From: an uncultured bacterium
GTDB taxonomy: Bacteria; Patescibacteriota; Minisyncoccia; Phycocordibacterales; UBA11359
Assembly: GCA_903831815.1 (NCBI GenBank)
Contig: CAIKZC010000009.1
Location: 5,576 to 69,575 of the forward strand
DNA: 64,000 nucleotides
Direction of reading: 5' to 3'
The translations under genes and the position numbers were made by a program. Below are positions 1 through 9,637 of this stretch, in pieces (position 1 is the first letter of the stretch; every line of letters begins with the position of its first letter). The notes beneath the pieces were generated by a model. The model was not told the origin of the DNA, made no database searches, and was given only the letters and a program-made list of their open reading frames with translations.

Positions 1-1
1 A

Positions 2-1093
2 AACGGCGCCGACGGAAATTCCAATATAAACGGTGGTGCCGGCGGTGATATTTCAATTGCCACCTCAACTACCGGCGCTATTTCAGCCAACGGAGGCGAT
101 CCAGACCATAATGGTGGCGATGCCGGCGCCATAACTATTGTGTATTCCTACGCAACAGCTAGCGGCACACCAATCATTGCTAAAGGAGGAGACTCGTCAG
201 GTTGTGGATACGGTGGTTCGGGCGGCGATGTTACCCTAATTAACTCCTCGGGTTACAGTATTTTAAACGGTAAAGGAACAGATAGTTTGAGCGGAGAATC
301 ATGTAATCCTTTCGGTTCCGCCGGCCATATTGGTCGTGGTGTAATTACCGGTATTTATACTCCTCCAGCTGTTCCGAAACCACCAACACCTCCTTCCAAT
401 CCGAATTCAAATCCATCTCAATCCTCATCCTATGTATTCGGTACAAAAAATTCTACTTTCAACCTGAATCTTGCCGATCTAAAACCGCTTACTCTGAAAA
501 ATCTACCTGTTTTTGGCGGTACCGAGGCAAATGCTTTTTCTTTCGAATCAGCCATTAAGCGTTTCTTGTTTGAACCGTTAGCAACGCTTTCAAAAGAAAT
601 AACTGCCGTATCAGAGCTAACCAAATACCTTGCCGCCGCTGGAATTCAAACTCAGTTCGATCTCATCAAACTAAAAACAAATACCGTACCGTTGTCTTTA
701 CCTAAAAATAGCCTTGATACTCCCGCAGGTCTGTTTATTGTTACTTCAAATAATGTTTCTGTTCCAATTTCCGCCGGTTATGATGAAAAATTATATCTTG
801 TTGAAAAAGTTAACGTTACTGCCAGTTCCTCAGTATCTATTTTATTGAACCCGGCAAAGAGTGCTGTAATGGACGCAAGTTTTGATGGTCAAACCTATTC
901 CTTCAAAAAAATAGTCGGAAATTCAATGGTAACCTTGAATTTACCGACCTCAATCACTCCCGGAGTACATATTCTAATCACTAAAGCTTCGCCAATACCT
1001 CTAATTATCAACGTTATTCCCGCAAAATCGGTAACACCGACGATTGAAAAAGTGAAAAATCAAAGTGTTTGGGAATTTCTAAAGTTTTGGTGA
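2..1093 (+). CDS. Gly-rich surface/secreted protein, 5'-truncated by the window edge
   Basis: Frame is open from base 2. Repeated NGG-x-GG-x-GG motifs, a Pro-rich linker (PPAVPKPPTPP) and a C-terminal 'WEFLKFW' end. Confidence 0.7.
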   Translation, partial: NGADGNSNINGGAGGDISIATSTTGAISANGGDPDHNGGDAGAITIVYSYATASGTPIIAKGGDSSGCGYGGSGGDVTLINSSGYSILNGKGTDSLSGESCNPFGSAGHIGRGVITGIYTPPAVPKPPTPPSNPNSNPSQSSSYVFGTKNSTFNLNLADLKPLTLKNLPVFGGTEANAFSFESAIKRFLFEPLATLSKEITAVSELTKYLAAAGIQTQFDLIKLKTNTVPLSLPKNSLDTPAGLFIVTSNNVSVPISAGYDEKLYLVEKVNVTASSSVSILLNPAKSAVMDASFDGQTYSFKKIVGNSMVTLNLPTSITPGVHILITKASPIPLIINVIPAKSVTPTIEKVKNQSVWEFLKFW

Positions 1094-1228
1094 AATACAA
1101 TTTAACACTATCCTAATAATATGGCCTAAAATAAGGCTATATTGATATTTTGCCGTACAGAAAGCTTGACAATAATCTCAAAATTTGCTACTATGTTATC
1201 AACTCAGATTATCCCTGAGTTTTCTTTT

Positions 1229-1684
1229 ATGAATTTTATCTCAATATCAATGGTTGTAGCGTCTCTGTTGGCTTCCGCACACTTCAGTACTGTTGATGTG
1301 AAATCAACAACGCAAGAAAATCCCGTATATGCTGTGGAAACCGTTGTTTTAGCGGAAAATATTGCAACAAAACCCGTTATCTCTAATATCACTGTTGAGG
1401 ACGTTGTAAAGGATTATTTCAAGGATATTCCAATCTTAGCTAAAGTTGCTAAGTGCGAATCTCGCTATCGTCAGACTGATGCAAATGGAGAAATTCTTCG
1501 TGGCGAGACCAATAAATTTGACGTAGGTGTGATGCAAATTAATGAAAAGTATCACTTAGAGAGAGCTAAAGGAATGGATCTTAACATATATACTCTCGGT
1601 GGAAACCTTGAATATGCCCGTAATCTGTATGATGTTAGCGGCACGGCTCCATGGTCAGCTTCTAAAGCTTGTTGGGGAGTGTAA
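1229..1684 (+). CDS. Lytic transglycosylase-like (lysozyme/SLT fold) secreted protein
   Basis: Hydrophobic N-terminus, AKCES catalytic-Glu motif, GVMQIN motif, PWSASKACW end. Confidence 0.75.
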   Translation: MNFISISMVVASLLASAHFSTVDVKSTTQENPVYAVETVVLAENIATKPVISNITVEDVVKDYFKDIPILAKVAKCESRYRQTDANGEILRGETNKFDVGVMQINEKYHLERAKGMDLNIYTLGGNLEYARNLYDVSGTAPWSASKACWGV

Positions 1685-1690
1685 GAGGAA

Positions 1691-1743
1691 GACCTCAAAA
1701 TAAAAAGCTTCGCCAAACCGGCGAAGCTTTTTATTTTGAGGTC
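1691..1743. terminator. Intrinsic terminator formed by a 24-bp perfect inverted repeat
   Basis: GACCTCAAAATAAAAAGCTTCGCC-aaacc-GGCGAAGCTTTTTATTTTGAGGTC. Confidence 0.85.
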
Positions 1744-1819
1744 GCCAATCTCTTTGAAACAAATCAAACCTATGGGTGTATAATACAAAAGTAGGTCTTT
1801 ATTTATAACTTTAATCACT

Positions 1820-2092
1820 ATGTCATCTAAAAATCAAGGATTTGTTGTTCCTGTTGCAATAGGAGTTTTGGTTCTTGCTTCTCTAGGTTTAATTTTTTAT
1901 TCATGGTTTAATCAAAAAAATACCATGGGTAATACAATAAAAACCGAGTCGTCGAAGAATGTCAGCCAAAAAACATTAAGCGATGATAAGTCGTTAGATA
2001 GTGAAAGCGCCGCTATTGATTCACAGATCAATAATTTGGATAACAATAGTGCCGATATCAATACCAGTCTCAATGATACATCATCAATTTAA
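1820..2092 (+). CDS. Small single-TM protein with pilin-like N-terminus
   Basis: KNQGFVVPV followed by a hydrophobic stretch (prepilin-like GF); Ser/Asp-rich tail. Confidence 0.6.
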   Translation: MSSKNQGFVVPVAIGVLVLASLGLIFYSWFNQKNTMGNTIKTESSKNVSQKTLSDDKSLDSESAAIDSQINNLDNNSADINTSLNDTSSI

Positions 2093-2098
2093 TATTTA

Positions 2099-2869
2099 AT
2101 GATCAACATGAAAAAATATCAAACTTATATAATTGCCAGTTTCGCATTCATCGGAATCGTGACATTAACTGCAAGTCCGGTTCTTGCCGACAATGCCAGT
2201 ACGACTTCAAATTCAAGCTCGACCGCTAAACACGCTTCGAAATTGGATCAGGTTACGGCTCGTTTACAAACACGTGCAAGCACCGAAATCAATCGCAGAA
2301 CAACTTCGCTCAACAAACTTCAGGAAAAGATTCAAGGAATGAAGAAAGTTTCCGCTTCGGACAAATCATCTTTCTCTACAACAGTACAAGGTCAGATAAA
2401 CCTTCTTAACAATCTTAAGGTAAAAATAGACGGAGATACTGATGCATCAACTCTTAAAACTGACGTACAATCAATAACCAAGTCGTATCGTATATATATG
2501 CTGGTTATGCCCAAAATAGAAATTATTGCGGCTGCGGATAAAGTATCAACAACAGCCGATCTCCTATCTACTTATTCTGCAAAACTTCAGACAAGGGTAG
2601 GCTCAACATCGACTTTAATCGCGGACATGAATGCCAAGATCGCTGACGCAAGGACTCAATCGGCTAACGCTATTGCCGGAGTCACCAATCTTACCCCTGA
2701 CAATGGTGATAAGACCGTTATGGCAAGTAACACTGCCGCTCTAAAAGCCGCTAGAGATCAAGTTAAAGCTGCGGTTCAGGACCTCAAAGACGCATCAAAA
2801 GACGGAAAAATGATCAGACAGAGCCTAGGAGGTACTGCAACAAGCACTGCTTCGACAACTTCTCAGTAA
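2099..2869 (+). CDS. Secreted alpha-helical coiled-coil protein
   Basis: Signal peptide ending ASPVLA; Ala/Lys/Thr-rich heptad pattern. Confidence 0.7.
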   Translation: MINMKKYQTYIIASFAFIGIVTLTASPVLADNASTTSNSSSTAKHASKLDQVTARLQTRASTEINRRTTSLNKLQEKIQGMKKVSASDKSSFSTTVQGQINLLNNLKVKIDGDTDASTLKTDVQSITKSYRIYMLVMPKIEIIAAADKVSTTADLLSTYSAKLQTRVGSTSTLIADMNAKIADARTQSANAIAGVTNLTPDNGDKTVMASNTAALKAARDQVKAAVQDLKDASKDGKMIRQSLGGTATSTASTTSQ

Positions 2870-3126
2870 TTTAATCATAAAATAGCAACAAAAAACTCCA
2901 TTTGATATTTTCAGACGGAGTTTTTTGTTATGGAAGTCTCGTTGCTTTGATTGTTGGCGGTAGCAACATGAGACAAAATGTCGCTATCAACAATAATATT
3001 TTTATGATCATAGTTAGTTTTATGTTTCTACACTCTCTGAGACGTACTAAGTGGAAAATTATTACAAAACTCCGAGACAATATGATATAATTCCTGTTTC
3101 GGAATGCCAAAGTTCGCAATCTAAAT

Positions 3127-3825
3127 ATGAAAGCCCTTACTCAAGAACTCAAAAAAGTCGCGAATTCCAATAAAGCTGTCTTTTTAAGTCAGTATTTTAA
3201 GACTGGTAAGGGAGAATATGGTGAAGGAGACACTTTTTTGGGTATTACGGTACCAAAACAGCGTGTGATTGCCAAGAAATATTATAAAGAGATCGGTTTG
3301 GTTGGGATCGGCAAATTACTGGAAAGCTCGGTGCATGAACATCGTTTTACAGCCCTTGAAATGCTGGTTTTTAAATATGAAGAGTCGACGGATGAGAAAA
3401 CCAAAAAGGAAATATTCAAGTTTTATATTAAGAATCGCAAGGGCGTGAACAATTGGGACCTAGTAGATACGTCAGCTCCATATATTGTTGGCGATTATTT
3501 AGCTTATCGGCCAAGGAGTATTTTATACCGTCTCGCCAAGTCGAAAAATGTTTGGGATAGGCGAATTGCGGTGGTTTCAACCTATCTTTTCATCAAAAGG
3601 GGCGATTTTTCCGATATTACAGCTCTAACAGAGATGCTAATGACTGATCAACACCCTTTGATCCATAAAGTTTGCGGTTGGATGTTGCGTGAAATGGGTA
3701 AGGTTAGCGAGATTATGCTTCTTGATTTTCTTAATAAATATCATCAGTTGATGCCGAGAATAATGTTGAGTTATGCAATCGAGAGATTACCAAAAAAACT
3801 TAAAGTGAATTATACTGGTAAATAG
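3127..3825 (+). CDS. alkD: DNA alkylation repair glycosylase, AlkD family
   Basis: YFKTGKGEYGEGD, NNWDLVD, WDRR and GWMLRE motifs. Confidence 0.88.
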   Translation: MKALTQELKKVANSNKAVFLSQYFKTGKGEYGEGDTFLGITVPKQRVIAKKYYKEIGLVGIGKLLESSVHEHRFTALEMLVFKYEESTDEKTKKEIFKFYIKNRKGVNNWDLVDTSAPYIVGDYLAYRPRSILYRLAKSKNVWDRRIAVVSTYLFIKRGDFSDITALTEMLMTDQHPLIHKVCGWMLREMGKVSEIMLLDFLNKYHQLMPRIMLSYAIERLPKKLKVNYTGK

Positions 3826-3870
3826 GATGAACGAGAGATTTTTAATAATATTTTAAACAGTTAAAGACAC

Positions 3871-4782
3871 ATGAAACCACAAATCGCCATTTTCGGACTT
3901 GGTCGTATGGGAAGTCAGATTGCTCGACGTTTACATAAAAATAATTTTACGGTCTTTGCTTGGAATCGTTCGGAAGAATCCGTTAAGGAAATAAAGCAAG
4001 CCGGTATTGCCGCATCACAGAATATTGATGATGTCATTAAACATTTTACCGACAAACAGCGAATATTTTGGATAATGTTGCCACATGCGATCGTGGATGA
4101 GTTTCTATTTGGCGGACTCTCGGCTCATTTACGCAAAGGCGACATTGTGATAGATGGAGGAAATAGTTTTTATAAAGATACAGTAGAACGATCTAAAAAA
4201 CTAGCTAAAAAAGGTGTCACGTTTTTTGATTGTGGCACTTCCGGCGGTGTTTGGGGCGAAAGAAATGGTTTCGCTCTCATGGTTGGTGGGCCAAAGGCGC
4301 AATGGAAAAAAATCGAGCTGATCATTAAAACTCTTTCATCTGGAGACAATTATGCTTGGCTTGGCGAATCGGGTGCAGGACATTTTGCCAAAATGGTTCA
4401 CAATGGAATCGAATATGGCATGATGGAAGCGATTGCCGAGGGTTACGGCGTACTTGATGCTAGCAAATATAAATACAATTTAAAAGACGTAACACGGGTC
4501 TATCAGAAAGGTTCCGTCGTTCGTTCGTGGCTTATCGACCTCTGTCGCAATATTTTTGAAACAGAAAATTTGAAAAAAGTTAAAGGTAAGATCGATACTA
4601 CCGGGGAAGGCGAGTGGACGGTTAAAACGGGCAAGGAGTTGCGCGTGGACGTGCGAGTCATCGCCGATGCTTTGAAAGTGCGCAAAGAATCTGCTAGCGC
4701 CAAAAATCAAAAGAAATTCTCTAACAAAATGGTCGCACTTATGCGCAAGCAGTTTGGTGGGCATGAGGTGCATAAGAAATAA
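3871..4782 (+). CDS. gnd: 6-phosphogluconate dehydrogenase (decarboxylating, short form)
   Basis: GLGRMG Rossmann motif, IDGGNS, DCGTSGGVWG, KMVHNGIEYG, FGGH C-terminus. Confidence 0.93.
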   Translation: MKPQIAIFGLGRMGSQIARRLHKNNFTVFAWNRSEESVKEIKQAGIAASQNIDDVIKHFTDKQRIFWIMLPHAIVDEFLFGGLSAHLRKGDIVIDGGNSFYKDTVERSKKLAKKGVTFFDCGTSGGVWGERNGFALMVGGPKAQWKKIELIIKTLSSGDNYAWLGESGAGHFAKMVHNGIEYGMMEAIAEGYGVLDASKYKYNLKDVTRVYQKGSVVRSWLIDLCRNIFETENLKKVKGKIDTTGEGEWTVKTGKELRVDVRVIADALKVRKESASAKNQKKFSNKMVALMRKQFGGHEVHKK

Positions 4783-4822
4783 ATAGTAAATGTCGAGATA
4801 TCTCTCATGATATAATCACTAT

Positions 4823-6475
4823 ATGACCCAAAAGGAAGCATTGGATATTCTGAAACTTGGACATAATGTGTATTTGACCGGTTCGGCGGGGAGCGGGAAG
4901 ACTTATTTACTCAATCAATACATCAAATATCTCAAGGAAAATAAAATTGAAGTGGCGGTGACGGCTTCAACCGGTATTGCGGCAACACATATGAATGGTA
5001 TTACGATTCATTCATGGTCTGGGCTTGGTATTCGCGACACTTTACCAGAAGATGTGATTTCCGAACTGGAGGAACGAAAATATCTTTTTGATAGGATGCA
5101 GAGAACAAAAGTTTTGATTATTGATGAAGTTTCGATGCTGCACCACTTTCGTCTCGATTTGGTGGATACTTTGGTGAGGCGTTTTAAACGTGATAATCGA
5201 CCTTTTGGTGGCATGCAGGTCGTTCTTTGTGGTGACTTTTTCCAATTGCCGCCGGTCTCCCGCCAAGGTGAGAGGGAAGCTCATTTCATCTATCACTCCG
5301 ATGCTTGGAAAACCCTTGATCCGACTATTTGTTATCTACACGAACAACATCGTCAGACCGATCAAAATCACACCAATATTTTAAATGAAATTCGTCGCAA
5401 TGATGTTTCGAAAAGTACGTACGAACATTTGCAAAGTCGTTTTAATAAAGAACCGGATACCAACGCCGAGCCGACTTGTTTGTATACTCATAATATTGAT
5501 GTTGATACTATAAATTCCAAAGCGCTCGGTGAAATTGATGACGAGTCTAGGATTTTTGAAATGAGCAGTCGGGGTCGGCCGCCGCTCGTTGAGATTTTAA
5601 AAAAAAGTTGTCTCGCGCCGGAAAAATTGCATTTGAAACTTGGCGCGCGAGTAATGTTCGTCAAAAATAATTTTGAAGGCGGATACGTGAACGGCACACT
5701 CGGAAAAGTTATCGAATTTGAAATGGATGCACCAATTATTTTGACCACGAGAGGGAAGAGAATCAAAGCCTCACCTGTTTCTTGGAGTATTGAGGAGGAA
5801 GGAAAAGTAAAAGCTGAGATCACTCAAGTGCCGTTGCGACTAGCCTGGGCTATTACCGTACACAAAAGTCAGGGTATGAGTTTGGATGCAGTTGAAGTCG
5901 ATCTCTCCAAATCTTTTGAACGAGGTATGGGTTATGTCGCACTTTCCCGCGTGCGCACGCTTGGTGGTTTGAAGTTGCTCGGCATAAATAATTTGTCGCT
6001 TCAAGTTCATGAGGAAGTTTCCGAATTCGATCAAAGTTTACAAACTTTTTCCGAGACGGCAGTGGAGGCGTTGCGGGGTATGAAAAGCACCGTAAAAGAG
6101 AGGATTCAGCAAGAATTTATTTCCAAAAATACCACCAAAGAAAAACAGGCTGATCAAAAGGTTTCAACGTATGAAGAGACCAGAAAACTGGTGCTAGAGA
6201 AGCTTTCTATTAAAGATATGGCTAAAAAACGAGAAATGGTTGTTGGCACAATCATAAGCCACCTAGAAACTTTGTGCGACGAAAGAAAATTAAATCCGGA
6301 AAATGATCTAAAATACTTGAAACCTGAAATCAAAAGATTTAAAAAAATGGAATCGGCTTTGGAAAAAGTTTTGGCTAAAACCGGTGCCATGAAACTTTCA
6401 GCCACTCGTGACGTTCTAGGTCGCTCATTTAATTTCGAAGAAATTAGGATTGCTCGTTTGTTTGTTAAAAAATAA
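4823..6475 (+). CDS. Pif1-family SF1B helicase with C-terminal HTH
   Basis: GSAGSGKT Walker A, IDEVSM, GDFFQLPPV, AWAITVHKSQGMSL and YVALSR motifs. Confidence 0.9.
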   Translation: MTQKEALDILKLGHNVYLTGSAGSGKTYLLNQYIKYLKENKIEVAVTASTGIAATHMNGITIHSWSGLGIRDTLPEDVISELEERKYLFDRMQRTKVLIIDEVSMLHHFRLDLVDTLVRRFKRDNRPFGGMQVVLCGDFFQLPPVSRQGEREAHFIYHSDAWKTLDPTICYLHEQHRQTDQNHTNILNEIRRNDVSKSTYEHLQSRFNKEPDTNAEPTCLYTHNIDVDTINSKALGEIDDESRIFEMSSRGRPPLVEILKKSCLAPEKLHLKLGARVMFVKNNFEGGYVNGTLGKVIEFEMDAPIILTTRGKRIKASPVSWSIEEEGKVKAEITQVPLRLAWAITVHKSQGMSLDAVEVDLSKSFERGMGYVALSRVRTLGGLKLLGINNLSLQVHEEVSEFDQSLQTFSETAVEALRGMKSTVKERIQQEFISKNTTKEKQADQKVSTYEETRKLVLEKLSIKDMAKKREMVVGTIISHLETLCDERKLNPENDLKYLKPEIKRFKKMESALEKVLAKTGAMKLSATRDVLGRSFNFEEIRIARLFVKK

Positions 6476-6476
6476 T

Positions 6477-6896
6477 ATGCCGACCTGGATGTTCCGTAGA
6501 ATTCGCAGGGTCAGGTTGTACCGAAGACGATGCCGTAGAGTCGGTCACGCTATTTTTGTCAGAAATTCGAAGATGGAATATCAAAAACATAAGGAATCAG
6601 CCCGTTCCTTGGTTCTTCGAAAAATTGCGGAATTTAATAACTTTTATAACTTTAATTTAGGTCGAATTACCATTAGAAACCAAAGATCGCGGTGGGGTAG
6701 TTGTTCCAAAAAAGGAAATATGAATTTTAATTACAGATTGGCACTTATTCCCGACAAATTAGTCGATTATGTTATCGTTCATGAACTTTGTCACATCGGC
6801 GAATTCAATCACTCAAATGATTTTTGGAATTTGGTCGCACAAACAATTCCTGATCACTCCCAACTGCGAAAAGATTTACGAAAAATTAAATTTTAA
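6477..6896 (+). CDS. SprT/YgjP-like (DUF45) zinc metallopeptidase
   Basis: RWGSCS and HELCH (HExxH) followed by NHS-x-x-FW. Confidence 0.85.
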   Translation: MPTWMFRRIRRVRLYRRRCRRVGHAIFVRNSKMEYQKHKESARSLVLRKIAEFNNFYNFNLGRITIRNQRSRWGSCSKKGNMNFNYRLALIPDKLVDYVIVHELCHIGEFNHSNDFWNLVAQTIPDHSQLRKDLRKIKF

Positions 6897-7036
6897 AAAA
6901 ATTGCGGAAAATATTTTAACAATAATTTTTCGCGCACAAAATTTTGCAAAAAACTATTTACAATACAAACGTGGGTGATATAATTTTAGTAGTGATGTTG
7001 TCGACATCTTAGATTTAGTAGCCAACAAAAAATTCT

Positions 7037-7132
7037 ATGGCGAAAAAAGCAAAGAAGACAAAGTCTCGTAAAGTCGCAAGAAAAGTTACTCGCAAGAGTA
7101 AAGCAAAGAAGACCTCAAAAAGACGAAGATAA
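7037..7132 (+). CDS. 31-aa highly basic Lys/Arg-rich microprotein (MAKKAKKTKSRKVARKVTRKSKAKKTSKRRR)
   Basis: Below the ORF-track cutoff. Upstream TTTACA-16-TATAAT promoter with extended -10 TG (6957-6984); terminator at 7147-7174. Confidence 0.75.
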   Translation: MAKKAKKTKSRKVARKVTRKSKAKKTSKRRR

Positions 7133-7146
7133 CTTTTATCTTCCAA

Positions 7147-7174
7147 CAAAAAACTACCGGTGGGTAGTTTTTTG
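7147..7174. terminator. Bidirectional intrinsic terminator
   Basis: CAAAAAACTACC-ggtg-GGTAGTTTTTTG. Confidence 0.8.
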
Positions 7175-7204
7175 CTTTCAAATTTGTAAATTGAGAAAAA
7201 ATGA

Positions 7205-7453
7205 TTAACAACACTTACATCGACGAGTGATCATTTTAAAAATAACGGCAACGATCACGATAATTGGCCAAATTATTTGAGCCGTATCAATGCTGTAAAC
7301 TTTGAAGGCAACCAACAGAAAATCCAAAGCAATTAGGATCGCCACAATAGAAATGACACGATGGTGTGGACAACAGCACTTTTTGCATCCACCGCAATGG
7401 GCACCTTCACAAGTCTTTCCAACTTCACCACCAACTTTTACCTCTTCGTTCAT
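7205..7453 (-). CDS. Small Cys-rich 2-TM membrane protein
   Basis: CEGAHCGGCKKCCCPHH, two hydrophobic helices and a C-terminal CKCC. Confidence 0.65.
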   Translation of the reverse strand: MNEEVKVGGEVGKTCEGAHCGGCKKCCCPHHRVISIVAILIALDFLLVAFKVYSIDTAQIIWPIIVIVAVIFKMITRRCKCC

Positions 7454-7588
7454 ATAATTAAAATTATTAATAATTTCTCCGATCAAAATCATTATATCAC
7501 GTGTTCACAATTGCACGTTGTAAGAAACTATTGCGGCGGTATAATATATTAGGGTACGATCTTTTGTTTCAACGAATGGAGTACGCGT

Positions 7589-7789
7589 ATGGGTAATTTG
7601 CAGAAACGTGATGTTACTTTGTCTGATGTACAAGCTCACGCAAACAATCATCATGGAGGTGAAGTTTGGAATCTTGTACAATCATGTATGCGTCCTGATC
7701 CGGGACCGATACGGAGGGCAGTGGCAAGAACTATGGCCGGAGAAATTCCGCCAGAAGTTGCGGAACACGTCGCGGAAAATCGGAGGTAG
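7589..7789 (+). CDS. Orphan hypothetical protein (solo cassette)
   Basis: Upstream TATAAT and GGAG SD; GC-rich terminator hairpin at 7821-7855. Confidence 0.55.
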   Translation: MGNLQKRDVTLSDVQAHANNHHGGEVWNLVQSCMRPDPGPIRRAVARTMAGEIPPEVAEHVAENRR

Positions 7790-7887
7790 GCGTTCGTAAA
7801 AAATATAACCAAAACAAAATCGGGCGTCACAGAAAGGGTGACGTCCGTGTTTTTTATATAAAATAAGTAAAATGATATAATAATATT

Positions 7888-8583
7888 ATGAATAAACCAG
7901 AAATAACGCTTTTTATGTTGATGTCGGTGGATGGGAAGATCTCAACTGGCGATACGGAAGCTATGGATTTTGATAAAGATTTTCCGATTATTATTGGTTT
8001 GAAAGAAGGTCTTCATCAATATTACGATTTAGAACAGCAAACTGATTTATTTTCATTAAATACCGGTAAAGTGTTTGCAAAGATCGGTATTAATGAAAAA
8101 ATTGACGATCCAGTAAAATTAGCAGTGAGTTTAGTAGTAATTGATAATCATCCTCATCTAACAGAAAAAGGGGTTGATTATTTAGCCAAAAAAGCCAAAA
8201 CACTGATTATTGTCACAACTAACAAATCACACCCTGCATTCGAAATAAAAAATACATTCAAGAACATTGAAATCATTTCTTATGACGACAAAATTGATTT
8301 AGTGGATTTGATGTCAAAACTTAAAAACAATTTTGGTGTAGAAAAATTAACTATACAATCCGGCGGAACCATGAATTCTGAATTTATAAGAATCGGCTTG
8401 GTTGATAAATTGAAACTAGTTGTGGCACCTGCTTTGATTGGGGGAGCGCAGACCCCGACAATTATGGACGGTGAATCAATTCATTTATCCGAAGAATTAT
8501 TAAAAATTAAAACTCTTGAATTAGTGAGAGCTGAATCTTTAAAAGATTCTTATTTACTACTGGAATATAAAGTCATCAATTAA
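7888..8583 (+). CDS. RibD C-terminal / dihydrofolate reductase-family protein
   Basis: MSVDGKI, QSGG and VAPALIGG motifs. Confidence 0.85.
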   Translation: MNKPEITLFMLMSVDGKISTGDTEAMDFDKDFPIIIGLKEGLHQYYDLEQQTDLFSLNTGKVFAKIGINEKIDDPVKLAVSLVVIDNHPHLTEKGVDYLAKKAKTLIIVTTNKSHPAFEIKNTFKNIEIISYDDKIDLVDLMSKLKNNFGVEKLTIQSGGTMNSEFIRIGLVDKLKLVVAPALIGGAQTPTIMDGESIHLSEELLKIKTLELVRAESLKDSYLLLEYKVIN

Positions 8584-8763
8584 GAGTCTGACTTGGTAGG
8601 GAGAAGGGCTTTTTGGCTCTAGGGGCAGAATAGGTGCATGTCGCACAATATATCTTTGCGGTAGGTATGGGCTGGTTTAGGTCTTTCGAATAATCAGCCA
8701 CATTCAAAGCTCTCTTAAAAGGTCTGTTTAATAGACGCTTAACATTCTTTAGATCTTAATCCT

Positions 8764-9102
8764 TTATTGATTGATTGGAAAATCCAACTGCTTCCTCGGT
8801 ATGCCAATAGAAATTCCGTAACCGATCGTTTCTCTCCAACTTTCCGGCCGGTTGTGCAATAATTTAAAAATTTTGTCTCGAAAGATGACCGAGACCTCAT
8901 TACCATGCCAAAAATGCGCGTACCAAGGTCCTTGCTTGATATATGACATCAGATTCTCGATCTCAGATTTTGAGATAAGAATCGTGTGAATTGTCTGATG
9001 ACTCGTGACCTCAGTATCAAGAATTTGCATCTTGGAGACCAAATTTTGGTCCTCGAGGCTTTCCAATATGATCTTACCCTTATAAATTTTGTTTTTTGCC
9101 AT
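8764..9102 (-). CDS. Hypothetical protein
   Basis: IILESLED ... WYAHFW ... YGISIGIP-x-x-QLDF; protein-like composition. Confidence 0.65.
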   Translation of the reverse strand: MAKNKIYKGKIILESLEDQNLVSKMQILDTEVTSHQTIHTILISKSEIENLMSYIKQGPWYAHFWHGNEVSVIFRDKIFKLLHNRPESWRETIGYGISIGIPRKQLDFPINQ

Positions 9103-9107
9103 ATTAG

Positions 9108-9320
9108 TTAAAACATATCGGCCCACCATTTATACGTTAAATATAAGAAAAAAGTTATCGGCGCATAAATCGGCGCCAATGCATAAAATAAAATTTTTTC
9201 GGAAAGATCTCCTTTTTGCAGTTTTTGCCACCAAAGATAAGTTAAATTTGAAAAAAGTCCCAACGGTCCGTAAATTGGCATTAAAACAAAGAAAAATACT
9301 CGTTTCCAGAATCTATCCAT
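9108..9320 (-). CDS. 70-aa hydrophobic protein with internal duplication
   Basis: Two copies of F-x-x-L-x-PIY-x-P-x(5)-LTY-x-WW. Confidence 0.6.
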   Translation of the reverse strand: MDRFWKRVFFFVLMPIYGPLGLFSNLTYLWWQKLQKGDLSEKILFYALAPIYAPITFFLYLTYKWWADMF

Positions 9321-9367
9321 AAATATTATAATTGTGAAACGCCATAATAAGTAATCCTTGTCAATAC

Positions 9368-9586
9368 CTACTTTAACTGACTCGATGTCCAACCCAATTT
9401 GTCGGTAACCCAAATTAAGGCAGTTTGAACCCAAGAGATCGTGGTCAATACTGCATCCTTAAATCGAGCAGAACCGAAGATCGCTTGAATTTCATTCCTG
9501 AAATACGCGATGAGGATAAGCGCAGCAATTATCAATATAATATAGCTGATAATCCCCTGCTTCGTGTATTTTTGAGTGTATTTCAT
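9368..9586 (-). CDS. Small single-TM protein (pilin-like N-terminus)
   Basis: KQG followed by a hydrophobic helix (IISYIILIIAALILIAYF). Confidence 0.55.
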   Translation of the reverse strand: MKYTQKYTKQGIISYIILIIAALILIAYFRNEIQAIFGSARFKDAVLTTISWVQTALIWVTDKLGWTSSQLK

Positions 9587-9637
9587 ATAACTATATTCTA
9601 CGTTATTAACGGCAAATTTGGAAGTAAAATGCAATAC

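Noticed and set aside
8584-8763. Possible ncRNA in the 180-bp gap after the RibD-like gene
   Set aside because: Only weak, imperfect hairpins; no promoter, tRNA or riboswitch motif recognised.
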